A DNA stretch of 64,000 nucleotides, taken from NCBI GenBank assembly GCA_022710975.1, contig JAKLGA010000011.1, forward strand, positions 14,678-78,677, in the 5' to 3' direction. Below, in pieces: positions 18,749-29,164 of the stretch. Within the stretch, counting starts at the first letter, position 1. Every line of letters begins with the position of its first letter. A program made the position numbers and the translations under genes. The DNA is from Myxococcota bacterium. GTDB taxonomy: Bacteria > Myxococcota > B64-G9. The notes under the pieces are model-generated. The model was not told the DNA's origin and did not search any database. It worked only from the letters and a program-made list of their open reading frames with translations.

Positions 18749-21385
18749 TCAGTACATCCGGTCCACCTTGAAGAACTGGTCAGGGGCCGCCACGTCCGCC
18801 GAGGGCAGGTACTCCTTCGGCTCCTTGCCCTGCAGGAACGCCTCCATCACCGAGTGCGGCGTGCCCGGACGGGCCAGCAGGCCCGTGCTCGGATCGATGC
18901 GGGCGAAGGTGATGCCCGGGGGCACCTCGAACTCCCCCTGGGGCCGCTCGCCCAGCGCCTGGCGCATGTAGCTGACCCACATCGGCACCGCGGCGCGCGA
19001 TCCGGTCTCCCCGCGGCCCAGCGGATCCTTGGGCTCGTCGTTGCCCACCCACACGGTGGTGACCAGGTCGCGGGTGAAGCCGACGAACCAGGCGTCGGCC
19101 GAGTCGTTGGTGGTGCCGGTCTTGCCGGCCACGGGCGCGCCCAGGCTGCGGGCGTTGGCCGCGGTGCCGCGGCTGGCCACCCCCTCGAGCAGGTGCAGCA
19201 GGATGTAGTTGGCGCGCGGCTCGATCAGCTGCTCGGGCGGCCGCGCCAGGCGGTCGTAGCCGCGGTCGAGCTTCTCGTCCCAGCTCTGCCAGGGATCGAG
19301 CGGGGAGGTGCGGTTGAGGAGCACCCGGCCCCAGCGATCGGTCACCTTGCGCACGAACTCCGCCGGGGTCCGCCGCCCGCCCTGGTTGAACACCGCGTAG
19401 ACCTGGGTGAGATCCCAGGGCTTCAGGCAGGAGGAGCCCAGCGCCAGCCCGAGCTCCTCCCGCAGCGGCGTGGTCAGCCCCAGCTTGTGGGCCCAGGCGA
19501 TGGTCTCCGGGATGCCGACGTCGTCCAGCACCTTGATGGCCGGGACGTTCATCGAGTTGACCAGCGCCATGTGCACGGTGACCTTGCCCTTGAAGTCGGC
19601 GTCGAAGTTCTCGGGCTTCCAGCGGTTCTGGTTCTCGGGGTCGTCGTACACCACGGCCGAGTCGATCAGCACCTTGGCCGGGTTGTACTCCTTCTCCTGG
19701 ATGGCCAGCGAGTAGGTGATGGGCTTGAAGGCCGAGCCGGGCTGGCGGCAGGCCTGCAGCACCCGGTTGAACTCGCTGTCGTCGAAGTTGTAGCCCCCGA
19801 TGATGGCCTTCACGTAGCCTAGCTGGGGCTCGGTGGTGACCAGCGCGCCCTGCACCGCGGGGATCTGGTCCAGGCGCAGCAGCGCCACCCCGGGCGGGTC
19901 CTCGAGCACCTTCCGCAGCGCCGGGGGCTCGTCCCGCATGAGCGCGTCCGCGCTGGTGCGGCGCACCAGGATCACGTCGCCCGGCTTGAGCTTCCGGCGC
20001 ACGTCGTTCACCCGCGCCGAGGCGGACTGGTAGTGCACGGTCGGGTCGGGATCGCGCGCCCAGCGCATGCCCATGACCGGCAGCAGCCCGCGGGCGAGGC
20101 CCACGGACACCAGCGCGCGAGACTCCGAGACCTCGTCGACGATGGCCAGCAGCGGCTGGTCCATGGGCAGCTCGCCGGCCTCGTCCAGCCAGCCCATGCG
20201 GACGAAGTGCTTCTGCGCCGCCTCCAGGAGCTTCTGGCGCTCGGCCGGCTCGGCGAGGTGGAGCAGCGGCCCGCGGTAGCCCTGGCGGTGGTCGATGGAG
20301 ACGATGCCGTCGTTCATGACCTGCTGGGCCGCGAGCTGGTAGTCGAGATCGAGGGTCGTCTCGACCGTCAGGCCGGCCTCGTACACCCCCTCGGTGCCGT
20401 AGCGCTGCTGGAGCTGGCGGCGCACCTCCTCGGAGAAGTAGGGCGAGCGCTGGCGGAAGATGTCGACGATCGGCCGGGCCTGGATGGGCGCCTTGGCGGC
20501 CGCCTCGGCCTCGGCCGGCGCGGCGAAGCCCACTGCCTGCATGCGCTCGAGCACGTAGCTGCGGCGCTCGCGGGCGGCCTCGGGCCGGGCCACCGGATCG
20601 TACTCGGAGGGCGCCTGGGGCAGGCCGGCGATGGCGGTCATCTCGCCCAGGTCGAGCTCCCACACGTTCTTGTGGAAGTAGTTGCGCGCGGCCGCCTGCA
20701 CGCCGTGCGAGCCGTGGCCCAGGTAGATCTGGTTCAGGTACAGGTAGAGGATGTCCTCCTTGCCGAAGGTGGTCTCCAGCCGCCGGGCCAGGATGGCCTC
20801 CTTGAACTTGCGGGTGAAGGTCTTCTCCCGCCCCACGAAGGTCTTGGCCACCTGCTGGGTGATGGTGCTGCCGCCCTGGACCACCTTGCCGGCCTGCAGG
20901 TTCTTGAGCGCGGCCCGCAGGATGCCCATCGGATCGATCCCGGCGTGGTTGAAGAAGTTGTCGTCCTCGGAGGCGATGAAGGCCTGCACCAGGCGGCGGG
21001 GGATCTGGGACTGGGGCATCACGTCCCGGCGCTCGATGGCGAACTCGGCCAGCAGCGTCCCGTCGTGGGAGTACAGCCGGGTGGTGGCCGGGGGGTTGTA
21101 CTGGTCGAGCCGGGGCAGCTCGGGCACCGAGTCCTCGACCGCCAGGTAAATGCTCAGGATTCCAAGGGATCCGCCGGCGAACCAGAACGCCAGGCAGGCC
21201 AGCATCCACAGCGGGACACGCACGAGCAGGGAGCGCCGGCGGCGTGGGTTGGCCACCAGGAGCCGCGGGGCCTGCTTGCCGGAGCCTGCGACCAAAGGCA
21301 CCTCCTCCGAGCGCGAAAGTCTATGTGTTTCGACGGGCCGAGTCAACTCGCGGGTTCGTTTCCGGGCCGCGCGACCGGGTTGCAT
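18749..21385 (-). CDS. mrcA: penicillin-binding protein 1A (bifunctional glycosyltransferase/transpeptidase)
   Basis: The GT51 motifs 'EDDNFFNHAGIDP' and 'GGSTITQQVAK' are present, together with the transpeptidase 'SAFKP' (SxxK) and 'KTGTTND' motifs. The N-terminal transmembrane segment is 'LWMLACLAFWF'. An alternative TTG start at 21295 directly follows GGAGGAGG and may be the true start. Confidence 0.85.
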   Translation of the reverse strand: MQPGRAARKRTRELTRPVETHRLSRSEEVPLVAGSGKQAPRLLVANPRRRRSLLVRVPLWMLACLAFWFAGGSLGILSIYLAVEDSVPELPRLDQYNPPATTRLYSHDGTLLAEFAIERRDVMPQSQIPRRLVQAFIASEDDNFFNHAGIDPMGILRAALKNLQAGKVVQGGSTITQQVAKTFVGREKTFTRKFKEAILARRLETTFGKEDILYLYLNQIYLGHGSHGVQAAARNYFHKNVWELDLGEMTAIAGLPQAPSEYDPVARPEAARERRSYVLERMQAVGFAAPAEAEAAAKAPIQARPIVDIFRQRSPYFSEEVRRQLQQRYGTEGVYEAGLTVETTLDLDYQLAAQQVMNDGIVSIDHRQGYRGPLLHLAEPAERQKLLEAAQKHFVRMGWLDEAGELPMDQPLLAIVDEVSESRALVSVGLARGLLPVMGMRWARDPDPTVHYQSASARVNDVRRKLKPGDVILVRRTSADALMRDEPPALRKVLEDPPGVALLRLDQIPAVQGALVTTEPQLGYVKAIIGGYNFDDSEFNRVLQACRQPGSAFKPITYSLAIQEKEYNPAKVLIDSAVVYDDPENQNRWKPENFDADFKGKVTVHMALVNSMNVPAIKVLDDVGIPETIAWAHKLGLTTPLREELGLALGSSCLKPWDLTQVYAVFNQGGRRTPAEFVRKVTDRWGRVLLNRTSPLDPWQSWDEKLDRGYDRLARPPEQLIEPRANYILLHLLEGVASRGTAANARSLGAPVAGKTGTTNDSADAWFVGFTRDLVTTVWVGNDEPKDPLGRGETGSRAAVPMWVSYMRQALGERPQGEFEVPPGITFARIDPSTGLLARPGTPHSVMEAFLQGKEPKEYLPSADVAAPDQFFKVDRMY

Positions 21386-21442
21386 GCCCCCGGGGAGCGG
21401 TGTACGCTCCGGCCCCGGATCCTCCAGCGGACGGAGAGCGCC

Positions 21443-22525
<1,083 letters not shown>

Positions 22526-22543
22526 GCGGGCAGGAGGCGGGTC

Positions 22544-24781
22544 GTGGGGCGCGCGCTGTGCACCGTCCTCCTCGGGCTGCTCGGGCCGCTGTGCCTGCCG
22601 GCCCTGGCCGCGGAGCCGGTGACGGTCGAGCTGTGGCACTCCTACCGGGGGACCGAGCGGGACGCCCTGGAGCGCGCCATCCAGGACTTCAACACCACCC
22701 ACGCCGAGCTCCGCGTGGCGGCCACCTTCGTCCCCTCCCAGTCCTTCGCGGACAAGCTCAACATGACCGTGCCGCGCGGGAACGGCCCGGACGTGTTCAT
22801 CTTCGCCCACGACCGGGTGGGCGCCTGGGCCGACAGCGGGATCATCGCCCCGCTGGACGGCTACCTGACCCCCGGGCTGCTCGATCGCTTCATCGGCAAG
22901 ACGGTCGATCCGCTGCGCTACCGGCGCCAGGTGTGGGGCCTGCCGACCGCCTTCAAGAGCGCGGTGCTGTACTACAACAAGGCCCTGGTGCCGGAGCCGC
23001 CCCAGGACACCCAGGCGCTCGAGGCCCTGGCCCGCGGGCTGGCCGGGCGCCGCGCGGCCGACGGGCAGCCGATCTTCGGGCTGGTGTGGCAGGCCTCCCT
23101 GCTCTACATGCACGCCGGCTTCCTGCACGGCTTCAAGGGCCGGCTGTTCGACGCCCAGCAGAACCTGGCGCTCGACGGCCCGGAGAACGCCGCCTCGCTT
23201 GAGTTCGTGCGCCACCTGGTGCGCGACCTGAAGCTCTGCCCGGAGGACGTGGACAGCATCAAGGTCACCTCGCTCTTCAACGCCGGGCGGGCGGCCATGG
23301 TCCTCAACGGCCCCTGGTTCCGGGCGGAGATCGATCCGGCCGTGGACTACGGGGTGGCGCTCATGCCGGTGCTCAGCCCCACCGGGCTGCGGGCCCGCCC
23401 CTTCGTGGGCAGCGAGGCCTTCCTGCTCTCGGCCCAGGCCAGGCGCCCGGCCGAGGCCTTCCAGGTGATGGAGTGGCTCACCCGCGACGAGGCCGCCCGG
23501 GTGCGCATGCGGGTCGGGCTGCAGTCGGTGGCCAACCTGGCGCTCTACCAGGAGGGGCCGATCGATCCGGTGCTGGCGGTCTTCCGCGAGCAGCTCGAGT
23601 ACGCCGAGCCCATGCTGAACACGCCCGAGATGGGCATGCTGTGGGTGCCCTTCGGCAACGCCATCAACGACGTGATCATCGGCCGGGCCACCCCGGCCCA
23701 GGCCCTGGCGGTCGCCCAGCAGCAGGTCAGCTTCCAGATCCAGGAGTTCCGCAAGGGCGAGACCCTCAAGAGCGGCGGGGGCGGCGGCGAGGCGGCCTTC
23801 GTGCAGGCGATCACCTGGGGGCTGGGCGGGGCGCTGCTGGCGCTGCTCGGCGTGGCCGCGGTCCTGTGGCGGCGCTTCAGGCGCGGGCTCGGCGAGGCCT
23901 GGCGGCAGAGGAGCGCCTACGCCTACATCGCCCCGGCCATGATCGGCACCGCGGTGCTGATCTTCATCCCCTTCCTGGTGGGCCTGGGGCTCAGCTTCTT
24001 CAGCTACTACCAGGGCGACTACTACTACGTCGGCTTCAAGAACTTCGGCGACATCCTGTCGTCCCGCGGCTACTCGCTGACCGACACCTTCAGCTTCTAC
24101 TACAAGCTGTTCATCACCGTGCTGTGGACGGCCACCAACGTGCTGCTGCACCTGGGCATCGGGCTGGGGCTGGCGCTGCTTCTGAAGGATCCGCTGCTGC
24201 GGCTCAAGGGGCTGTACCGGGCGCTCTTGATCATCCCCTGGGCGGTGCCCTCCTACATCACCGCCATCGTGTGGCGCGGGATGTTCGACGCCGAGAACGG
24301 CGTCATCAACCACATGTTCGGGCTGACGGGCTTCAACTGGTGGGGCTCCACCTGGAGCGCCTTCCTGGCCAACCTGGTGGCCAACTGCTGGCTGGGCTTC
24401 CCCTTCATGATGGTGGTCAGCCTGGGCGCGCTGCAGTCCATCCCCCAGGAGCTGTACGAGGCCGCCGACGTGGACGGCGCCACCCGCTGGCAGAAGTTCC
24501 GCTTCATCACCCTGCCGCTGCTGAAGCCGGCCCTGTTCCCGGCGGTCATCCTGGGCGTCATCTGGACCTTCAACATGTTCAACGTCATCTACCTGGTCAG
24601 CCGCGGGGCGCCCAACGGAGGCACCGACATCCTGGTGGTGGAGGCCTTCCGCTGGGCCTTCGAGCGCGGCGACCGCTACGGCTACGCGGCCGCCTACTCG
24701 ACGCTGATCTTCGCCATCCTGTTCCTGTACACCCTCATCACCAACCGCATCACCCGGGCCACGGAAGGAGCGTTCGACTGA
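22544..24781 (+). CDS. fused periplasmic sugar-binding domain (MalE-like) and MalF/UgpA-type permease
   Basis: A GTG at 22544 follows AGGAGG. An N-terminal signal peptide and roughly 400-aa solute-binding-protein fold are followed by six TM segments carrying the ABC permease motif '...GATRWQKFRFITLPLLKPAL'. Confidence 0.75.
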   Translation: MGRALCTVLLGLLGPLCLPALAAEPVTVELWHSYRGTERDALERAIQDFNTTHAELRVAATFVPSQSFADKLNMTVPRGNGPDVFIFAHDRVGAWADSGIIAPLDGYLTPGLLDRFIGKTVDPLRYRRQVWGLPTAFKSAVLYYNKALVPEPPQDTQALEALARGLAGRRAADGQPIFGLVWQASLLYMHAGFLHGFKGRLFDAQQNLALDGPENAASLEFVRHLVRDLKLCPEDVDSIKVTSLFNAGRAAMVLNGPWFRAEIDPAVDYGVALMPVLSPTGLRARPFVGSEAFLLSAQARRPAEAFQVMEWLTRDEAARVRMRVGLQSVANLALYQEGPIDPVLAVFREQLEYAEPMLNTPEMGMLWVPFGNAINDVIIGRATPAQALAVAQQQVSFQIQEFRKGETLKSGGGGGEAAFVQAITWGLGGALLALLGVAAVLWRRFRRGLGEAWRQRSAYAYIAPAMIGTAVLIFIPFLVGLGLSFFSYYQGDYYYVGFKNFGDILSSRGYSLTDTFSFYYKLFITVLWTATNVLLHLGIGLGLALLLKDPLLRLKGLYRALLIIPWAVPSYITAIVWRGMFDAENGVINHMFGLTGFNWWGSTWSAFLANLVANCWLGFPFMMVVSLGALQSIPQELYEAADVDGATRWQKFRFITLPLLKPALFPAVILGVIWTFNMFNVIYLVSRGAPNGGTDILVVEAFRWAFERGDRYGYAAAYSTLIFAILFLYTLITNRITRATEGAFD

Positions 24782-25941
24782 TGCCTCCCGTCCAGCGCTC
24801 CCGGAAGGTGCTCACGCACGCGTTCCTGATCCTGTTCACCGTGGGGGTGATGTTCCCCGTGGCCAAGGTGTTCCAGGTGGCGCTGCAGGACCAGCAGACC
24901 TTCGACATGAGCCTGCTGCCCTTCCCCAAGCCGGCGCTGTTCACCCTGCAGAACTTCTCCGACGTGGTCACCCGCGAGAAGGTGCTGGGGCTCGGGCCCG
25001 AGCTGTCCGGCGCGGAGGTCGAGCGCCTGGCGCGCTTCCTGGCCGGGGTGCCCGGGGCCGCCGAGCCAGCCTGGGACGTGCCGCCGGACCAGGCCGCCTT
25101 CCTGACCGAGAAGCGCTGCTTCGCCTGCCACGCGCTGGGCAGCCAGGGCCGGGCCGGGCTGGGTGGGGACCTGCGGGCCGCCGCCCGGCTGGGGGAGGAC
25201 GGGCTCGCGGCCTGGCTGGCCGCGCCCACGCGCGACCACGCCCGCGCGCTGGGGATCGGCGGGCCCGCGCCGAGCGGCGCGATGGAGCGGCGCGCGGTGT
25301 GGCTGTTCGGCCGCCAGCTCTTCAACAGCGTGGTGGCCGCCCTGGCGACGACGCTGTTCGGCATCTTCCTGGCGTGCACCGCGGCCTACGCCTTCAGCCG
25401 CTTCCGCTTCCCCGGTCGCCGGGCGGGGCTGCTGTCCTTCCTGGTGATCCAGATGTTCCCCGGGACCATGATGATGATCCCGCTGTACATCCTGGTGGAC
25501 AAGCTGGGGATGCTCGACCAGCTCCTCGGCCTGGTGCTGGTGTACTCGGTCAGCGCCATCCCCTTCTGCGTCTGGACGCTGAAGGGCTTCTTCGACACCA
25601 TCCCCAGGGAGCTGGAGGAGTCGGCGCTCATCGACGGGGCCAGCCGCATCCGCATCTTCTGGAGCATCATCCTGCCGCTGGCCCGGCCGGCCATCGCGGT
25701 GACCGCGCTGTTCTCGTTCATGGCCGCCTGGAACGAGTTCATCCTGGCGGCCACCTTCATGAACGACGAGACCGCCCAGACGCTGCCGGTCATGCTGAAC
25801 GGCTACGTGTCCGAGACCACGGTCGAGTGGGGCCACTTCGCCGCGGGGGCGATCATCGTCTCCGTGCCCGTGGTGCTGCTGTTCTTCGTGCTGCAGAAGA
25901 ACCTGGTGGGCGGCCTGACCGCCGGCGGCGTCAAGGGGTAG
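24781..25941 (+). CDS. MalG/UgpE-type ABC permease with a roughly 130-aa periplasmic insertion bearing a CxxCH (c-type heme-binding-like) motif
   Basis: The ATG overlaps the upstream stop (TGATG). The permease motif is 'ESALIDGASRIRIFWSIILPLARPA'. The inserted loop 'EKRCFACHALGSQGRAGLGGDLRAAARLGEDGLAAWLAAP' resembles a class-I cytochrome c. Confidence 0.75.
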   Translation: MPPVQRSRKVLTHAFLILFTVGVMFPVAKVFQVALQDQQTFDMSLLPFPKPALFTLQNFSDVVTREKVLGLGPELSGAEVERLARFLAGVPGAAEPAWDVPPDQAAFLTEKRCFACHALGSQGRAGLGGDLRAAARLGEDGLAAWLAAPTRDHARALGIGGPAPSGAMERRAVWLFGRQLFNSVVAALATTLFGIFLACTAAYAFSRFRFPGRRAGLLSFLVIQMFPGTMMMIPLYILVDKLGMLDQLLGLVLVYSVSAIPFCVWTLKGFFDTIPRELEESALIDGASRIRIFWSIILPLARPAIAVTALFSFMAAWNEFILAATFMNDETAQTLPVMLNGYVSETTVEWGHFAAGAIIVSVPVVLLFFVLQKNLVGGLTAGGVKG

Positions 25942-26025
25942 CGCCGCCTCGAGTGGTCTGGGGCTTGCCCGCGGGGCGCCCGTCCGTTACGCTCCGGGTC
26001 AGTCACCCGTGACCGTGGAGGCCCC

Positions 26026-27375
26026 ATGGAAAACCCGTTCGGACTCGAGCGCCCCGGCATCCTGGACCTGGCCCCGCCGCAGCCGCGCACGGTGGAGGAG
26101 ACCGGCCTGCAGCAGGGCTTCCTGGTCGATCTGGCCCTCAAGTTCCTCTACTACGGCGGGGTGATGAGCGGCGTGGTCATCGCCGACGAGATGGGCCTGC
26201 CGTTCGCCGGGGTGATCGAGGACATCATCAACTTCATGGCCCAGGAGAAACAGGTCGACATGCGCGGCGGCAAGGGCTTCGGCCGCGCCTCGGTGGACTT
26301 CACCCTCACCGAGCGCGGGCGCGAGGCGGCCCGCGAGGCCGTGCGGCGCACCGCCTACACCGGCAGGGCGCCGGTGCCGCTGTCGCAGTACACCTCGCTC
26401 GTGCGCCTGCAGATGCAGGACGTGCCCTTCATCAGCCGCGAGGCCCTGACCGAGCACTTCAAGAGCCTGATCCTGCCCGACACGTTCTTCGACCGCATCG
26501 GCCCGGCCATCAACTCCAGCCGCTCGCTGTTCCTGTACGGCCCGCCCGGCAACGGCAAGACCACCGTGGCCGAGATGGTGGCCGACATCCTGGCCGGCGA
26601 GGTGTTCGTGCCCTACGCCATCGAGGTGGACGGGCAGGTGATCAAGGTCTTCGACCCGCTCAGCCACCGGGCCGTGGATCTCGAGCGCGCGGTCAAGCCG
26701 CCGCCCCTCAAGGGCGTGCGCTCGGCGGGCGGGGCGGTGCAGAAGAAGGTCGGCCCGGAGTTCGATCGGCGCTGGCTGCTGTCGCGCCGGCCGTCGGTCA
26801 TGGTCGGCGGCGAGCTGACGCTGGCCACGCTGGATCTGATCTACAACCCCAACACGGCCTTCTACGAGGCGCCCTTCCAGGTCAAGGCCAACGGCGGCAT
26901 GCTGCTGATCGACGACTTCGGCCGCCAGCGGGTGCACCCGACCGATCTGCTCAACCGCTGGATCGTGCCGCTGGAGAAGCGGGTGGACTACCTCACCCTG
27001 CACACCGGCAAGAAGTTCGAGATCCCCTTCGATCAGCTCATCATCTTCGCCACCAACCTGGATCCCAAGGAGCTGGTGGACGAGGCCTTCCTGCGGCGCA
27101 TCAAGTACAAGATCGACGTCTCCAACCCGAGCGAGCCCGAGTACCGGGCCATCTTCCAGAAGGTGTGCGCGGCCAAGGGCATCAAGTACTCGGACGAGGC
27201 CATCAGCTACATCATCGACCACTACTACAAGGCCCACGACATGGAGCTGCGCTCCTGCCACCCGCGCGACCTGATCGGGCTGATGATCGACGTGGCCCGC
27301 TTCCGGGCGGTCCAGCCCGCCCTCAACAAGCAGCTCATCGACCAGGCCTGCAAGTCCTTCTTCGTGATCATGTAA
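26026..27375 (+). CDS. AAA+ ATPase, MoxR/AAA_5-like
   Basis: The ATG at 26026 follows GGAGG. Walker A is 'LYGPPGNGKTT' and Walker B is 'MLLIDDFG'. 'LLNRWIVPLEKRVDYL...FDQLIIFATNLDPKELVDEAFLRRI' matches the MoxR/AAA_5 sensor region. There is a unique 150-aa N-terminal domain. Confidence 0.7.
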   Translation: MENPFGLERPGILDLAPPQPRTVEETGLQQGFLVDLALKFLYYGGVMSGVVIADEMGLPFAGVIEDIINFMAQEKQVDMRGGKGFGRASVDFTLTERGREAAREAVRRTAYTGRAPVPLSQYTSLVRLQMQDVPFISREALTEHFKSLILPDTFFDRIGPAINSSRSLFLYGPPGNGKTTVAEMVADILAGEVFVPYAIEVDGQVIKVFDPLSHRAVDLERAVKPPPLKGVRSAGGAVQKKVGPEFDRRWLLSRRPSVMVGGELTLATLDLIYNPNTAFYEAPFQVKANGGMLLIDDFGRQRVHPTDLLNRWIVPLEKRVDYLTLHTGKKFEIPFDQLIIFATNLDPKELVDEAFLRRIKYKIDVSNPSEPEYRAIFQKVCAAKGIKYSDEAISYIIDHYYKAHDMELRSCHPRDLIGLMIDVARFRAVQPALNKQLIDQACKSFFVIM

Positions 27376-27409
27376 TTCCTGAAAGTCCAGGCGCTACGAA
27401 TGGTTGCGC

Positions 27410-27441
27410 GACCGCCCCCGGGCGGTCGGGGCTATTTTTTT
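27410..27441 (+). terminator. Rho-independent terminator downstream of the AAA+ ATPase gene
   Basis: A GACCGCCC..GGGCGGTC stem is followed by GGGGCTATTTTTTT. A seven-T tract is conspicuous in a roughly 70% GC genome. A consensus TTGACA follows immediately at 27440-27445. Confidence 0.6.
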
Positions 27442-27510
27442 GACACGTTCGGCCTGGGTGTGCTAACGATTCGATTCCAAAGGGATTTGTCCTGCGACGA
27501 GGGTACCCAG

Positions 27511-28266
27511 GTGCGCACCGCATACTTCGAGCTGGACGACAAGACCGAGGAGCTCCGGCACGAGCTCGGGCTCCGCAAGGACGTGGCCAGGGACTTCGAG
27601 GAGCGCTTCGAGGTCTCCTGGATCTTCCACGAGAACGCCCTGGAGGGCACGGTCATCGACGTGTTCGATCTGAAGGCCGCGCTCGACCACGTGACCATCG
27701 GCGACGGGGTGCTCATCCCCACCTACCAGCGCATCCGCAACCACCGGCTGGTCATCGAGAAGATCAGGCAGATGGCCGACGAGCCGGGCAAGAGCGTCAC
27801 GCTCCAGTTCGTCAAGGGGCTGCACCTGCTCCTGTGCCACGGCATCCAGGGCTCCGGCGCCGGGCTGTACCGCAAGGAGATCCCCATTCACCGGACCTAC
27901 TTCCACGACATCGTGGAGCCGGGCAAGATCTCCTACCAGATGAACAAGCTCGTCCGGGACCTCAAGGGCCGGGAGTTCAAGCAGCTCCACCCCATCCAGC
28001 AGGCGGCCGAGGTCCACTTCCGCTTCATGGCCACCTTCCCCTTCGACCAGGAGACGGGCAAGGTGGCCCGGCTGCTGATGAACCTGTTCGTGCTGCGGGC
28101 CAACTACTTCCCGGTGATCATCCCGGACGTGGAGCGGCAGCACTACTACGAGGCGCTGCGGGCCTCGCCCAGCGAGCTGCACGCGCTCATCGTCTACTGC
28201 ATGGAGCAGCAGCTCGAGCGCTCGCTGCGCTTCCTGCGCAACGAGACCCTGACCCCTCCGCCCTGA
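27511..28266 (+). CDS. Fic/DOC-fold protein with a degenerate active-site motif (pseudo-Fic)
   Basis: A GTG at 27511 follows GAGGG at 7 nt; the ORF extends up to 27400. 'HFRFMATFPFDQETGKVARLLMNLFVLRANYFPVIIP' aligns to the Fic core HxFx(D/E)GNGRxxR...LLMN, but the catalytic His is replaced by Phe and the DGNGR by DQETGK. Confidence 0.6.
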   Translation: MRTAYFELDDKTEELRHELGLRKDVARDFEERFEVSWIFHENALEGTVIDVFDLKAALDHVTIGDGVLIPTYQRIRNHRLVIEKIRQMADEPGKSVTLQFVKGLHLLLCHGIQGSGAGLYRKEIPIHRTYFHDIVEPGKISYQMNKLVRDLKGREFKQLHPIQQAAEVHFRFMATFPFDQETGKVARLLMNLFVLRANYFPVIIPDVERQHYYEALRASPSELHALIVYCMEQQLERSLRFLRNETLTPPP

Positions 28267-28295
28267 CGCGTGGTCTGCCCTGACCTCGGCTCGGC

Positions 28296-29000
28296 TCACT
28301 CCCCCAGGCGGGTCAGGGAGACGGCCTCGGGGTGGCGCTCGCCGCGCGCGATCCAGGTGCCGGTCAGGGTGGGCTTGAGGGGCGGGCCGCCCAGGCGCAG
28401 GACGAAGCGCTGCTGGTCGTGGCCCTGGTGGAACCAGACGTCCACCCGGACACCGTAGCGCTTCACCTCCACCACCGGGAGCTCCGCCCCGTCCAGGCGC
28501 AGCAGCCCGCCGCCGCGCTCGGGCAGGGTGAGCTCGAGCGGGCGCCCGCCCGGCCCGCGCCCGAGCAGCTGCCCCTGCCAGCGCCCGGTGTGCTTCAGCC
28601 CCCCCGCCTCCCGCGCCGCGGCCTCGGCCCGGGGGCAGAAGGGCCGCGGGCTCGTCTTGCAGAACTCCATCACCAGCGGCTGGCCGCCGATGGCCGTGAG
28701 CGCCTCCGCCGCGGCCTGGGCCACGGGCAGATCGCGATCGCCGAGCGCGGCCGCCAGGTGGCGCAGCGCCCGCACCTCGAGCTCGAACAGGTTCTGCTGG
28801 ACCTCCGCGGTCGGGGTCCCGCACTCGCCGCCGATGTTGCGCCGGAGGATCTCGAGGTCCTGGTTGACCGCCAGGCAGGTCTCGTCCGCCGGGTCACAGG
28901 TGAGCGCCTCCGGCCCCGGCGTCCCGCCCAGGGTGGGCGCGCAGGCGGCGAGGCCTAGAGCCGAGAACATGAGCGCGAGCACGGTTCGAATACCGATCAT
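28296..29000 (-). CDS. putative lipoprotein (hypothetical)
   Basis: The ATG at 29000 has a weak ribosome-binding site. The signal peptide plus lipobox is 'MIGIRTVLALMFSALGLAAC'. It is the last gene of the minus-strand string. Confidence 0.5.
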   Translation of the reverse strand: MIGIRTVLALMFSALGLAACAPTLGGTPGPEALTCDPADETCLAVNQDLEILRRNIGGECGTPTAEVQQNLFELEVRALRHLAAALGDRDLPVAQAAAEALTAIGGQPLVMEFCKTSPRPFCPRAEAAAREAGGLKHTGRWQGQLLGRGPGGRPLELTLPERGGGLLRLDGAELPVVEVKRYGVRVDVWFHQGHDQQRFVLRLGGPPLKPTLTGTWIARGERHPEAVSLTRLGE

Positions 29001-29164
29001 GGAGAGGAATCTACCAGGGAGAGAAGAGCTGTTCCAGCGTGAGAGCCTCGAGCCGTCCCTGATCTCCTGGCTTCGTCTGGAGCCGGGGTCGCAGTTTTCT
29101 TTGAGGGTGGGGGAGGGCAGGGCAGGGGACAGGGAGGGGATGCGCGGGTCGGGCTGGCGGTGGC

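Noticed and set aside
21295-21385. Alternative TTG start for PBP1A directly preceded by GGAGGAGG
   Set aside because: It is retained as a note rather than a separate feature. Either start gives the same domain content, and N-terminal proteomics or ribosome profiling would be needed to decide.
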